From Chitinophagales bacterium (GTDB lineage Bacteria > Bacteroidota > Bacteroidia > Chitinophagales > Chitinophagaceae), in assembly GCA_020636575.1 (NCBI GenBank), contig JACJXP010000001.1, forward strand, positions 670,050 to 734,049: a stretch of DNA of 64,000 nucleotides, in the 5' to 3' direction. The notes below the pieces were generated by a model. That model did not search any database and was not told the origin of the DNA. It was given only the letters and a program-made list of their open reading frames with translations. Numbering within the stretch: position 1 is the first letter of the stretch; each line of letters starts with the position of its first letter. The position numbers and the translations under genes are program-made. Below, in pieces: positions 49,306 through 59,459 of the stretch.

Positions 49306-49977
49306 ATGCTACAAAACTCTACTCTTAGGTTTTTGAAAACCCTGAAAAAAAATAATAGCAAACCCTGGTTCGATGCAAATCGAAAATTATACGAATCTGC
49401 AAAAGCTGACTTCGCTGGTTTTATTCAATCTGTTATCATTAAGCATGGGCTAAAAGATGCTTCAATAAAAGATCTCATTGCCAAGGATTGCATGTTTCGT
49501 ATCAATCGTGACATTCGTTTCTCAAAAGATAAATCACCTTATAAAACAAATTTTGGCGCCAGCATCAATAAAGGAGGAAGAAAAGCCTTTGATGCTGCAG
49601 GTTATTATTTTCATTTAGAACCCGGTAACTCTTTTGTTGGCGGGGGCATCTATATGCCAATGCCGGAACATCTTAAAAAGGTGCGACAGGAAATAGATTA
49701 CAATCTTAAAGATTTTAAAAAGATACTTTCAGCTAAAAAATTCAAAACTGTTTATGGTGATATAAGCAGGGGTGATGAGTTTTCTTTGAGCCGTGTGCCC
49801 AAGGGTTATGAACCCGATAATCCTGCCGCAGAATACTTAAAACTCAAAAGCTATATTGCTATGACCCGCATTTCAGATGCCGATCTTACATCTTCAAATC
49901 TTCTTAAAAAAACAGTTGCTGCTTTTGAAGCATTGCATCCATTAATTATTTTTTTGAATCATTCTTTTTCAGAGTAA
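49306..49977 (+). CDS. DUF2461-family protein
   Basis: L..NN.KPWFDANR..YE, FRINRDIRFSKDKSPYK, PKGY. Confidence 0.88.
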   Translation: MLQNSTLRFLKTLKKNNSKPWFDANRKLYESAKADFAGFIQSVIIKHGLKDASIKDLIAKDCMFRINRDIRFSKDKSPYKTNFGASINKGGRKAFDAAGYYFHLEPGNSFVGGGIYMPMPEHLKKVRQEIDYNLKDFKKILSAKKFKTVYGDISRGDEFSLSRVPKGYEPDNPAAEYLKLKSYIAMTRISDADLTSSNLLKKTVAAFEALHPLIIFLNHSFSE

Positions 49978-50976
49978 CTTATTCTCAAGCAGGTATTCTG
50001 CGATCTGAACAGCATTGGTAGCAGCACCCTTACGCAGATTGTCTGAAACGATCCACATATTCAAAGTATTTGGCTGGGTTTCATCACGGCGTAACCTGCC
50101 CACAAATACTTCATCTTTTTCATGTGCATCCATCGGCATGGGATAAAGCTGGTTAGCAGGATCATCCACCACTATTACCCCGGGTGAATCACTTAATAAT
50201 GATTTCACTCCATCAAGATCAAAATCATTTTCAAATTCTACGTTCACACTCTCACTATGCCCGCCCATCACTGGTATTCTTACTGTTGTGGCTGTAACCC
50301 GGATAGCATCATCCCGCATGATCTTGCAGGTTTCTTTTACCATCTTCATTTCCTCCTTTGTGTAGCCATTATCTAAAAAAACATCTATTTGCGGGATCAC
50401 ATTCAGATCGATCGGGTATTTATAAGCCATTTGATATTCAGTATTATCCCCACCAACCTCTTTCTTTCTCTCACCCGTTAACTGATCAACTGCTTTTGCT
50501 CCTGTACCCGTTACACTTTGATATGTTGATACCACTATTCTTTTAATGCCATATTTTTTATGCAGGGGGTTCAAAGCAACTACCATCTGGATAGTAGAAC
50601 AATTGGGATTTGCAATGATCTTATCCTGTTTTGTCAATACATCAGCATTGATCTCAGGCACCACCAATGGCTTTGCAGGGTCCATTCTCCATGCAGAAGA
50701 ATTGTCAATCACCGTTATCCCTGCTTCAGCAAATTTGGGAGCCCATTCCAGCGATGTGCCGCCCCCTGCTGAAAAAATAGCCACGGCTGGTTTAGCTGCA
50801 ATAGCATCAGTCATGCTCACAACTTTATATTTTTCTCCTTTGAATTCCACTTCTTTACCTACAGATCTTTCTGATGCTACCGGTACTAATTCAGTAACCG
50901 GAAAATTTCTCTCTGCCAGAACCTGTAACATTTTAGAGCCCACCAATCCTGTGGCGCCTACAACTGCAACTTTCAT
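49969..50976 (-). CDS. asd: Aspartate-semialdehyde dehydrogenase
   Basis: VVGATGLVG, DNSSAWRM, ANPNCSTIQ, GHSE, DNLRKGAATNAVQIAE. Confidence 0.97.
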   Translation of the reverse strand: MKVAVVGATGLVGSKMLQVLAERNFPVTELVPVASERSVGKEVEFKGEKYKVVSMTDAIAAKPAVAIFSAGGGTSLEWAPKFAEAGITVIDNSSAWRMDPAKPLVVPEINADVLTKQDKIIANPNCSTIQMVVALNPLHKKYGIKRIVVSTYQSVTGTGAKAVDQLTGERKKEVGGDNTEYQMAYKYPIDLNVIPQIDVFLDNGYTKEEMKMVKETCKIMRDDAIRVTATTVRIPVMGGHSESVNVEFENDFDLDGVKSLLSDSPGVIVVDDPANQLYPMPMDAHEKDEVFVGRLRRDETQPNTLNMWIVSDNLRKGAATNAVQIAEYLLENKLL

Positions 50977-51005
50977 TTTTATTGTTTTATATAGTATGTT
51001 TTATT

Positions 51006-51037
51006 AAATAAACAAGGCCTTCCGTTTGGGAAGGCCT
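51006..51037 (-). terminator. Attenuator terminator in the asd 5' leader
   Basis: Minus strand AGGCCTTCC-CAAAC-GGAAGGCCT followed by TGTTTATTT. Confidence 0.75.
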
Positions 51038-51078
51038 GTCAAGCTTTATTTCTACATACATAACGCTGCAAACCTTCC

Positions 51079-51123
51079 TCAGAAGTGTTTCTTATTGCGC
51101 TTGGTATGTTTAATTATCCTCAT
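51079..51123 (-). CDS. Putative asd leader peptide MRIIKHTKRNKKHF
   Basis: ATG AGG ATA ATT AAA CAT ACC AAG CGC AAT AAG AAA CAC TTC TGA, lying between the -7 element TATTTTTG (51131-51138) and the terminator. Confidence 0.65.
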   Translation of the reverse strand: MRIIKHTKRNKKHF

Positions 51124-51214
51124 TCGGGGGCAAAAATAAAATCGGAACTGATTAAAGCCAAATATTATTTACCTGATGACCCGGGTATTTCCGGTGATTC
51201 TTTAACTTGTAGCA

Positions 51215-52924
51215 ATGAAATCAGCCAGACTGACCTTTCTTATTTTATTAGCGCCTTTCCTGGCTCATGCACAAAACAGGTACGATGTAGTGATCGACGA
51301 GATCATGGCTGACCCCACACCTCAAATAGGTTTGCCAAATAATGAATGGGTTGAGTTAAGGAACACCAGCAGTACTTCGATAAACCTACAGGGCTGGCGA
51401 ATTGCAGATGCCACTGGTCAAAGCGGACCAATGCCCAGCTTTACTTTGCAACCCGATAGTTTTGTGATCGTTTGCACAGGAAGTGCGGTTGCTGCCCTTT
51501 CTGCTTTTGGAACCACTATTTCAGTTACCAGTTTCCCTTCCTTAAATAATGACGGGGAACTGCTTTCTTTAAAAGCCGCCAATGGAATGATCATTCACTC
51601 TGTAGAATACGCTTTGAGCTGGCATCAGAACGAGGTTAAAAAAGATGGTGGGTGGACACTGGAAATGATCGATACACAAAACCCCTGTACAGGAAGCAAT
51701 AACTGGACCTCCAGTATCAATACTGTCGGAGGAACACCCGGAAAGAAAAATTCTGTAGATGCTATCAATAATGATATAATCGGTCCCCGGTTAAAGAATG
51801 CTTATACTACTGACAACACAACCATTGTTCTTGTTTTTAATGAGCCGGTTGATAGTTTATCAGGAGCTACTTTATCTAATTACTCGATCGATGGTGGATT
51901 AGCATTGATGAGTGCCGTAACCCTTATCCCGGGTTTTAATAAAGTTGAGTTGAAAACAAACAACCCTTTAACTACAAATACAGTTTATACAATTACTGCT
52001 ACAGGTGTAACGGATTGTAAAAACAATGTGATCGGTTCAGTCAATAAAGCCAGGGTGGGATTGCCAGTTGATCCTGTCACTGGTGAATGGGTCATCAATG
52101 AAATTTTATTCAACCCCCGGTCAGGCGCTTATGATTTTGTAGAGTTTTATAATAACAGCAATAAGATATTTGATGCATCAAAACTCTATATAGCCAATCG
52201 AAACAGTAGCGGTACCGTTAGTTCAATAAAAGTTCTAAGTAGTGAACCATATTATATTTTCCCGGGTGATCATATTGTAGAAACAGAAGATGCCGATAAC
52301 CTTGGTTTACAATACCTGGTTCAAAACCCGGATAATGTACTAATCATTTCTTCACCTCCTTCTTTTTCTGACGATGAAGGGACAGCGATTGCACTGAATT
52401 TCCAGGGAGAGGTTATTGATGAAGTGAATTATAAGGATGACTGGCATTTTAAACTGATCGATAACGATGAAGGCGTTTCATTGGAAAGAATAGATCCTGC
52501 CGGACCATCGCAGGATCCATCTAACTGGCATAGCGCTGCATCTACTGCCGGTTACGGAACACCTACTTATAAAAACTCACAGTATAAATTATTAAACAGT
52601 ATAAATGCTACTGTTGAAGTAATCCCTAAGGTATTTTCGCCTGATAATGATGGCCGGGATGATATTGCCAGTATTCAGTATAAAGTAACCGAGCCGGGTT
52701 ATGTTGTCAATATCACCATTTTTGATGGGGCAGGCAGGCCTATAAGAAATCTTGTCCGTAACGGAACAATGGGTTTAAGTGGTTACTGGAATTGGGATGG
52801 ACTCAACGATACAGGGAATAAACTGCCCGTTGGTAGTTATATCATCTACACAGAGATATTCAATCTGCAAGGGAAAAAAGAAAAATTTAAGAATGTGGTT
52901 GTATTGGCAAGAAAATTAAACTAA
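51215..52924 (+). CDS. Lamin-tail-domain protein with T9SS type-B-like CTD
   Basis: Two LTD units (VVIDEIMADP...EWVELRN; VINEILFNP...DFVEFYN), Ig-like domain, C-terminal PKVFSPDNDGRDD...WDG...GSYI. Confidence 0.8.
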   Translation: MKSARLTFLILLAPFLAHAQNRYDVVIDEIMADPTPQIGLPNNEWVELRNTSSTSINLQGWRIADATGQSGPMPSFTLQPDSFVIVCTGSAVAALSAFGTTISVTSFPSLNNDGELLSLKAANGMIIHSVEYALSWHQNEVKKDGGWTLEMIDTQNPCTGSNNWTSSINTVGGTPGKKNSVDAINNDIIGPRLKNAYTTDNTTIVLVFNEPVDSLSGATLSNYSIDGGLALMSAVTLIPGFNKVELKTNNPLTTNTVYTITATGVTDCKNNVIGSVNKARVGLPVDPVTGEWVINEILFNPRSGAYDFVEFYNNSNKIFDASKLYIANRNSSGTVSSIKVLSSEPYYIFPGDHIVETEDADNLGLQYLVQNPDNVLIISSPPSFSDDEGTAIALNFQGEVIDEVNYKDDWHFKLIDNDEGVSLERIDPAGPSQDPSNWHSAASTAGYGTPTYKNSQYKLLNSINATVEVIPKVFSPDNDGRDDIASIQYKVTEPGYVVNITIFDGAGRPIRNLVRNGTMGLSGYWNWDGLNDTGNKLPVGSYIIYTEIFNLQGKKEKFKNVVVLARKLN

Positions 52925-52948
52925 ACTTCCTTATCTGCTAGTTATACC

Positions 52949-52980
52949 CGGTTTGTCGCAACATTTCGGGGTTTCATCGC
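52949..52980 (+). promoter_or_regulatory. Putative LytTR direct-repeat binding site
   Basis: CGGTTTGTCGC and GGTTTCATCGC with a 21-nt period, upstream of the tolC operon. Confidence 0.45.
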
Positions 52981-53071
52981 TTTTTTCCTTTCAAATCGAA
53001 AGATTTTTAAGAATAAGGGTTCAAATAATTACAAGCAGTTTCTATCTGCCCCTGTTTCTTAAAAATTGGAT

Positions 53072-54364
53072 ATGAAAAAGATTACAATATCACTACTATT
53101 GTCTTTGGGTTCGTTTTGTGTTACAGCCCAAGATACTAGTAACCTTCCCAAACAGTGGACCTTGCAAGAGTGTATAGATTACGCAATTCAGCATAATATC
53201 TCTATTAATACATTAAAGCTGAATAGTAGTTCGGCTCAGTTGGATGTATCCCAGTCTAAATACAATCAGTTACCCAGCGTCGGTGGATCTATTGCACAAA
53301 ATTTGGGTAATAACAATTCTGTTTCTTTTACCAGCAATTATGGTGTTTCATCAACACTTACATTATATAATGGAGGATATTTAAAAAATGATATTAAGGC
53401 AAAAGAATTATCACTTGAGTCAGCTAATCTTTCAGTAGAAGAAGCTTCTAATGATATTACTCTTAATATCACACAGTCGTTCCTTAATATTTTACTTGTC
53501 AAAGAAAATATCACAAGTCTTGAGCAAATACGCAGCACTTCTGAAGAACAACTTAAGCAAGCACAACAATTATATGATGCTGGAAGTATCGCCAGAAAAG
53601 AACTCGTCCAGTTCCAGTCCCAGCTGGCGTCAGACGAGTATAACCTGGTAAGTGCCCATAATAATTATCGGTCGAATGTAGTGGCACTGAAGCAGATTTT
53701 ACAACTCCCCGCTTCTGACAACTTTGAAATTTTGGCACCTACATCCATAGCAATTCAGGAGGCCGTGCTAACATTAGATAATACACTTTCAGCAGCTCAA
53801 AACTCAAGACCAGAGATTAAAAACAAGAATGTCGCCATTCAGTTAGCACAAGTAAATCTCGAAAAAATCAAAGCTAGCAGAATGCCGGTAATTAGTCTGG
53901 GTGCGGGTCTTTCTTCCGGGTATTCAAGCATTCAATCATCGAAATATCTGCCTCAACTGGGTAATAACTTTTCTCAAACTTTAGGAGTAAGTATGAGTAT
54001 TCCTATATTCAGTCGTAACCAGAATAAAACCAATATCACAAAATCAACTATTGCTATTGAACAGGCCAAACTTGATCTGAGCAATGCAGCAACATCGCTG
54101 AACCAGCAGGTAGAACAGGTATATATTAATTTATTAAATGCCCAGGCACAATATAAAGCTGCAGATACAAGACTTAAAGTGGCCAAAGAAAGCTATGACA
54201 TTACCAACGAGCAGTTGAGACTGGGTTCTGTAATAGCCATAGATGTGCTTATACAAAGAAATACATATACACAGGCCCTGCAATCCTATATACAGGCTAA
54301 GTACACGGCCATATTATATAATAAGATCTACGGTTTCTATTCAGGACAACCAATAGTTTTTTAA
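53072..54364 (+). CDS. TolC-family outer-membrane efflux protein
   Basis: Signal peptide, WTLQECIDYA, two OEP repeats, SIPIF. Confidence 0.92.
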   Translation: MKKITISLLLSLGSFCVTAQDTSNLPKQWTLQECIDYAIQHNISINTLKLNSSSAQLDVSQSKYNQLPSVGGSIAQNLGNNNSVSFTSNYGVSSTLTLYNGGYLKNDIKAKELSLESANLSVEEASNDITLNITQSFLNILLVKENITSLEQIRSTSEEQLKQAQQLYDAGSIARKELVQFQSQLASDEYNLVSAHNNYRSNVVALKQILQLPASDNFEILAPTSIAIQEAVLTLDNTLSAAQNSRPEIKNKNVAIQLAQVNLEKIKASRMPVISLGAGLSSGYSSIQSSKYLPQLGNNFSQTLGVSMSIPIFSRNQNKTNITKSTIAIEQAKLDLSNAATSLNQQVEQVYINLLNAQAQYKAADTRLKVAKESYDITNEQLRLGSVIAIDVLIQRNTYTQALQSYIQAKYTAILYNKIYGFYSGQPIVF

Positions 54365-54388
54365 AAATAACAGCGCAAAATAAAAACA

Positions 54389-55630
54389 ATGAAAAAGCTA
54401 AAATGGATTATCGGCGTAGTAATCATTATCGCAGTAATTATCATCTGGTTGTGGAAATTCAAATCGAGTGAATCAGCTATTGTTTTAGAAACTACTCACC
54501 CGGAATATGGCGCAATTTCAAACTCAGTAACAGCTACAGGAATGGTACAACCAGTGGATACTGTTGCAGTAGGTACACAGGTTTCCGGCACCATTCAAAA
54601 AGTGTATGTTGATTTTAATTCGCAGGTGAAAAAAGGACAGCTGCTTGCTGAACTTGACAAATCAGTATTATTGGCACAAACCCAGCAAATATCCGCAAAC
54701 CTTATGTCTGCTAAAGCTAACCTGGCTTATCAGCAAAGCAATTATGACCGTCAAAACCAGTTATTTAATGTAGGAGCAATAAGTAAGGCCGCACTTGAAA
54801 CAGCACTATATCAATATCAGAGTGCAAAGCAAAATGTTAGCAGCTTATCAGCACAATTGAGTTCGGCTCAAAGAAATCTTTCATTTGCAGAAATTTATTC
54901 CCCGATTGATGGTACCGTTTTATCAAGAAGTGTAAGTGAAGGACAAACAGTTGCTTCCAGTTTTAGTACCCCGACTTTGTTCAGTATAGCTAAAGATCTC
55001 ACTAAAATGCAGGTACAGGCTTCTGTAAACGAAGCGGACATAGGCAATGTTATAGCAGGGCAAAGAGTCGACTTTACAGTGGACGCCTTCCCGGATGATA
55101 CTTTTAGCGGTATTGTCAAAGAAGTGAGATTGCGTCCTTCTGTTTCCTCAAATGTAGTGAGCTATACCACAATTATTGACGCCCCTAATCCTTCCATGAA
55201 ACTAAAGCCCGGTATGACAGCAAGTATCACTATTTATACCAAAGAAATAAAAGATGTTTTGCTGTTAACAGCGAAAGCCATCAGCTTTAATCCTGATTCA
55301 ATAATAGGCGAAAAATATTTTATTCAAAAAGCACAAATGCATGATGCAACTCCACCTTTAACAAATGATAGCATTCAGAGTGAAGCAACTCCCGCCTTTG
55401 TATGGGTGAAGAAAGATAGCAGCCTTATTCAAAAAAGAATATGGCTGGGCCTGGATGATGAAACTAGCTTGCAGGTGCTGGTGGGTCTGGCCCCAGAAGA
55501 TGAGGTTATTACCGGATATCAGCAACTAGAAAAGACAGCTACAAAGAAATCATCAGAAAAGAGTCCCTTCCTGCCTCAAAGACCTGGCGGAAATAATAAG
55601 AAAAATAATTCCGGACCACCGCCCCAGTAG
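54389..55630 (+). CDS. Efflux periplasmic adaptor (MacA-like)
   Basis: TM anchor, VGTQVSG.I, VKKGQLLA, IYSPIDG.V, LKPGMTA. Confidence 0.92.
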   Translation: MKKLKWIIGVVIIIAVIIIWLWKFKSSESAIVLETTHPEYGAISNSVTATGMVQPVDTVAVGTQVSGTIQKVYVDFNSQVKKGQLLAELDKSVLLAQTQQISANLMSAKANLAYQQSNYDRQNQLFNVGAISKAALETALYQYQSAKQNVSSLSAQLSSAQRNLSFAEIYSPIDGTVLSRSVSEGQTVASSFSTPTLFSIAKDLTKMQVQASVNEADIGNVIAGQRVDFTVDAFPDDTFSGIVKEVRLRPSVSSNVVSYTTIIDAPNPSMKLKPGMTASITIYTKEIKDVLLLTAKAISFNPDSIIGEKYFIQKAQMHDATPPLTNDSIQSEATPAFVWVKKDSSLIQKRIWLGLDDETSLQVLVGLAPEDEVITGYQQLEKTATKKSSEKSPFLPQRPGGNNKKNNSGPPPQ

Positions 55631-55665
55631 AAAAGATGAAAAAGTAATGAAATAAAAAAACAATA

Positions 55666-56412
55666 ATGAAAAGGAAGATACTGGAAATACATGATCTCAA
55701 AAGAGAGTTTAAAATGGGCGACGAAATTGTCCGTGCACTCAGAGGTGTCTCATTTTCGATAGAAGAAGGAGAATTTGTTACAATAATGGGAAGTAGTGGG
55801 TCTGGTAAAACAACTTTGTTGAATGTTATTGGGTGTCTTGATAAGCCAACTGAAGGAGTGTATTTGCTGGATGGAGTTAATGTAAAACAACTTTCACGAA
55901 ACCAACTGGCAAAACTCAGGAACAAAAAGATTGGATTTGTTTTTCAATCTTACAACCTTTTGGCTCGTACCTCCGCTTTGGAAAATACAGAACTGCCTTT
56001 ATTATATAATGCTTCTATATCATCAAAAGAACGACATGATAAGGCTTTGATGGCATTAGAAGCAGTAAAATTGTCCGACCGTTTACATCATTTACCCAAC
56101 CAACTTTCCGGAGGTCAGCAACAAAGAGTAGCCATTGCCCGGGCACTGGTTAATGATCCGGTGATGATACTGGCAGATGAGGCTACCGGCAACCTGGACA
56201 CCAGGACATCTTATGAAATTATGTCGCTTCTCCAAGAACTAAACCAGCATGGGAAAACAATCGTATTCGTAACCCACGAACCGGATATTGCAGCATTCAG
56301 TAGCCGTACAGTAACCCTGAAAGACGGAAGAGTGATAAAGGATATAAAAAACGAAAACGTAAAATCGGCAAAAAAAGCATTAGCAGCATTGCCGGTAAGC
56401 GATGATTATTAA
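55666..56412 (+). CDS. ABC transporter ATP-binding protein (MacB/LolD-like)
   Basis: GSSGSGKTT, LSGGQQQRVAIARAL, ILADE, VTHE. Confidence 0.95.
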   Translation: MKRKILEIHDLKREFKMGDEIVRALRGVSFSIEEGEFVTIMGSSGSGKTTLLNVIGCLDKPTEGVYLLDGVNVKQLSRNQLAKLRNKKIGFVFQSYNLLARTSALENTELPLLYNASISSKERHDKALMALEAVKLSDRLHHLPNQLSGGQQQRVAIARALVNDPVMILADEATGNLDTRTSYEIMSLLQELNQHGKTIVFVTHEPDIAAFSSRTVTLKDGRVIKDIKNENVKSAKKALAALPVSDDY

Positions 56413-56422
56413 ATTTTTTAAA

Positions 56423-57649
56423 ATGAATTTTTTTAACCTTATACGACTAGCCTGGCGGGCATTGATTCGAAATAAAGTTCGGGCATTACTGACCATGCTG
56501 GGAATTATTATTGGAGTTGCTTCTGTGATTACAATGGTTGCAATTGGTCAGGGATCAAAACAAAGCATCAGGGACCAGTTATCCAGTATGGGTTCTAATA
56601 TGGTAACGGTCAGACCCTATAGTAACCAAACAGTGGGCGGTGGGGCCATGCTTGGGCCTTCAGGATTACAGACTTTAAAAATCACTGATATTGAAGCTAT
56701 CAAAAAATCATCCCCGCATGTAACTGCCGTTTCTCCTGTTGTTTCTTCATCAGGTCAGAGTATTAATGCTTCAAAAAACTGGCCTGTATCCATACAAGGC
56801 GTCTATCCTGATTATTTTTCTATCCGTGAGTGGAAACTAAAAGAAGGTATCCTGTTTACAGACAAGGATGTAAAAACATCCAGCAAAGTTTGTTTACTCG
56901 GACAAACAGTAGTTGAAAACTTGTTTACCAATGGCGAGAATCCTATAGGGAAAGTAATTCGTTTTAATAATATTCCGATAAAAGTAATAGGCATTCTGGA
57001 AGAAAAGGGTGAAAGTACTTTCGGGCAGGACCAGGATAATATTATCATTGCCCCTTTCTCCACTGTTCAAAGAAGAGTACTATCTATAGATTATGTGCAA
57101 AATATTTACGCCTCTGCAATTGATGAAAATAGCTCAGAAAAGGCGACCAATGAAATTACTGCGGCTTTAAGAAAAGCACATAAATTACAAAATAGTGAAG
57201 AAGATGATTTTACTGTGCGGACGCAGGCAGAACTTATCAGCGCTATTAGCTCTACAAGTGAATTACTCACAGTATTACTGGCTGCAATTGCCGGTATCTC
57301 GTTAGTTGTTGGAGGTATCGGAATTATGAATATTATGTATGTTTCAGTAACAGAACGGACAAAGGAAATTGGACTCAGAATGTCTGTTGGTGCAAGGGGG
57401 CTTGATATTCTGATGCAGTTTCTGGTAGAAGCCATTATGATCAGCATTACTGGTGGAGCCATTGGTGTGCTGTTGGGCATCACCTCATCAAAGCTGGTAA
57501 CTGTATTTTTGTCCTGGCCTACACTGGTTTCTGAACCATCAATCATACTGGCCTTTGCAGTTTGTGCTTTTACCGGTGTTTTCTTCGGCTATTATCCTGC
57601 GCAAAAAGCTTCAAGGCTTGACCCAATAGAAGCCCTGCGTTATGAATAA
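56423..57649 (+). CDS. ABC transporter permease (MacB/FtsX-like)
   Basis: LTMLGIIIGVASV, VGGIGIMNIM.VSVTERT.EIG.R, PA.KASRLDPIEALRYE. Confidence 0.95.
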   Translation: MNFFNLIRLAWRALIRNKVRALLTMLGIIIGVASVITMVAIGQGSKQSIRDQLSSMGSNMVTVRPYSNQTVGGGAMLGPSGLQTLKITDIEAIKKSSPHVTAVSPVVSSSGQSINASKNWPVSIQGVYPDYFSIREWKLKEGILFTDKDVKTSSKVCLLGQTVVENLFTNGENPIGKVIRFNNIPIKVIGILEEKGESTFGQDQDNIIIAPFSTVQRRVLSIDYVQNIYASAIDENSSEKATNEITAALRKAHKLQNSEEDDFTVRTQAELISAISSTSELLTVLLAAIAGISLVVGGIGIMNIMYVSVTERTKEIGLRMSVGARGLDILMQFLVEAIMISITGGAIGVLLGITSSKLVTVFLSWPTLVSEPSIILAFAVCAFTGVFFGYYPAQKASRLDPIEALRYE

Positions 57650-57672
57650 ATAAATTTTAAATCTGTCCTGTT

Positions 57673-58713
57673 TTGAATATCAACACTAATACTAAAAAAT
57701 GGATCACTGTTATTTTTCACATGCTGGCATGGATGATAGTATTTGTATTGCCATTATTATTCAGATATTTTTACGATGATGGAGCCAGGCACAATCCCGA
57801 GAATAATGGTTTTTCCTACCTTCAATTCTTAACCGGACTTTTATGGGTGGGCACTTTTTACCTGAATGCCCTTGTGCTTTCACCGCTATTTATATACAAA
57901 AAGAAAATAGGCTTATATACTGTGATTATTCTAGGGTGGTATGCAATAGTTCTGTCACTTCATAGCATTTTTTTCCATTTATTCATTTCATCCCGCCCTT
58001 TCCGTTTTGCAGATTCATTGTTTTTTAATCTGCCTCCCTTTGTATTAACACTTGGTGCCAGTATCGCCTACCGGATGTTAGGCGATAAAGCAAAGAATGA
58101 AGTACGGGAACAACAAAAGCAAGAAGAAAACCTGAAGACTGAATTATCCTTTTTACGTTCACAGATCAGCCCACATTTTGTTTTTAATATTCTCAACAAT
58201 ATTATCGCCCTGGCAAGATTGAAAAGTGATCAACTAGAGCCTACCGTGATGAAATTGTCATCACTAATGCGTTACATGTTATATGAAACTGATGCAGAAA
58301 AGGTTTCATTACAAAATGAAACGGAATATCTCCGGAATTATATAGATCTGCAACAACAGCGTTTTGGGGAAAAGGTCAGGATTGATTCCTCTTTCGAAGT
58401 GCCCGTTGGTTGTAGTTATGAGATAGAACCAATGTTATTAATTCCTTTTGTAGAAAATGCTTTTAAGCATGGTGTGGGATTGATCCATGATCCAGCAATA
58501 ACGATCCGTCTCCATGTAAAAGATAATATACTTTACTTTTCAGTTAACAATAAGTATAATGATAGTAGCACCGAGACCAGGGATAATATCAAAGGTATCG
58601 GGTTGCCAAATGTAAAAAGACGCTTAAATTTACTTTACCAGAAAAATTATACTCTGCAGATATCAGAAAAAGACGGGTTATTTTCTGTTTCCCTGGAATT
58701 AAATTTACGCTGA
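57673..58713 (+). CDS. LytS/YehU-family sensor histidine kinase
   Basis: Four TMs, LRSQISPHFVFNILNN, PFVENAFKHG, GIGLPNVKRRL. Confidence 0.92.
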   Translation: MNINTNTKKWITVIFHMLAWMIVFVLPLLFRYFYDDGARHNPENNGFSYLQFLTGLLWVGTFYLNALVLSPLFIYKKKIGLYTVIILGWYAIVLSLHSIFFHLFISSRPFRFADSLFFNLPPFVLTLGASIAYRMLGDKAKNEVREQQKQEENLKTELSFLRSQISPHFVFNILNNIIALARLKSDQLEPTVMKLSSLMRYMLYETDAEKVSLQNETEYLRNYIDLQQQRFGEKVRIDSSFEVPVGCSYEIEPMLLIPFVENAFKHGVGLIHDPAITIRLHVKDNILYFSVNNKYNDSSTETRDNIKGIGLPNVKRRLNLLYQKNYTLQISEKDGLFSVSLELNLR

Positions 58714-59432
58714 TGCTAAAATGTGTTGCAATAGATGATGAACCCCTGGCTTTAGCATTACTGGAAGATAATATCAGTAAGGTGCCTTATCTGCAACTCG
58801 TAGCAAAATGCAGTGACACCTTGGAAGCAACTAAAGTATTACAGGAAAACAAAATAGATCTTGCATTTATTGACATTCAAATGCCCGGCCTGACGGGGCT
58901 TGAATTCATTGAAAGTCTTTCGCAAAAACCAATGTTTATACTCATTACGGCTTATAAGCAATACGCACTGGAAAGTTATTCGCTGAATGTTGTGGATTAT
59001 CTTGTAAAACCAGTACCCCTAACCAGGTTTATAGCTGCCTGTAATAAGGCTTATGAACTCTACCAGTTAAAAAATAAAGCTATCTCGCCCCAGGCCGCAC
59101 CCATGCACAATGATTTTTTTTTCCTAAATGCAGATTATAGCCTGGTTAAAGTTTTCTTTAAAGATATTCTCTGGATCGAAGGGCTAAAAGATTATATTAA
59201 AGTGCATTTGAAACAAGGTAATAAACCTATCATTACAAGAATGACATTAAAAGAAATAGAGGATCAACTACCAGTAAGTCTTTTTATTCGCATACACAAA
59301 TCATACATTATTTCAATTGAGAATATTACGTCAATCAAAAAGAATAATGTTTTTATTCAGGACGTCAAGCTGCCCGTTGGGGAAACATATAGAGATAATA
59401 TTCAAAAACTAACAGGGAAAAAAGAAAATTGA
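58713..59432 (+). CDS. LytTR-family response regulator
   Basis: IDDEPLA, FIDIQMP, DYLVKP, FIRIHKSYII. Confidence 0.95.
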   Translation: MLKCVAIDDEPLALALLEDNISKVPYLQLVAKCSDTLEATKVLQENKIDLAFIDIQMPGLTGLEFIESLSQKPMFILITAYKQYALESYSLNVVDYLVKPVPLTRFIAACNKAYELYQLKNKAISPQAAPMHNDFFFLNADYSLVKVFFKDILWIEGLKDYIKVHLKQGNKPIITRMTLKEIEDQLPVSLFIRIHKSYIISIENITSIKKNNVFIQDVKLPVGETYRDNIQKLTGKKEN

Positions 59433-59459
59433 GCTGCGTAACAAAATGTATATGTTTCA

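Noticed and set aside
51085-51312. 75-aa plus-strand ORF upstream of the LTD gene
   Set aside because: It spans the divergent promoters and the asd leader, and overlaps the LTD gene out of frame.
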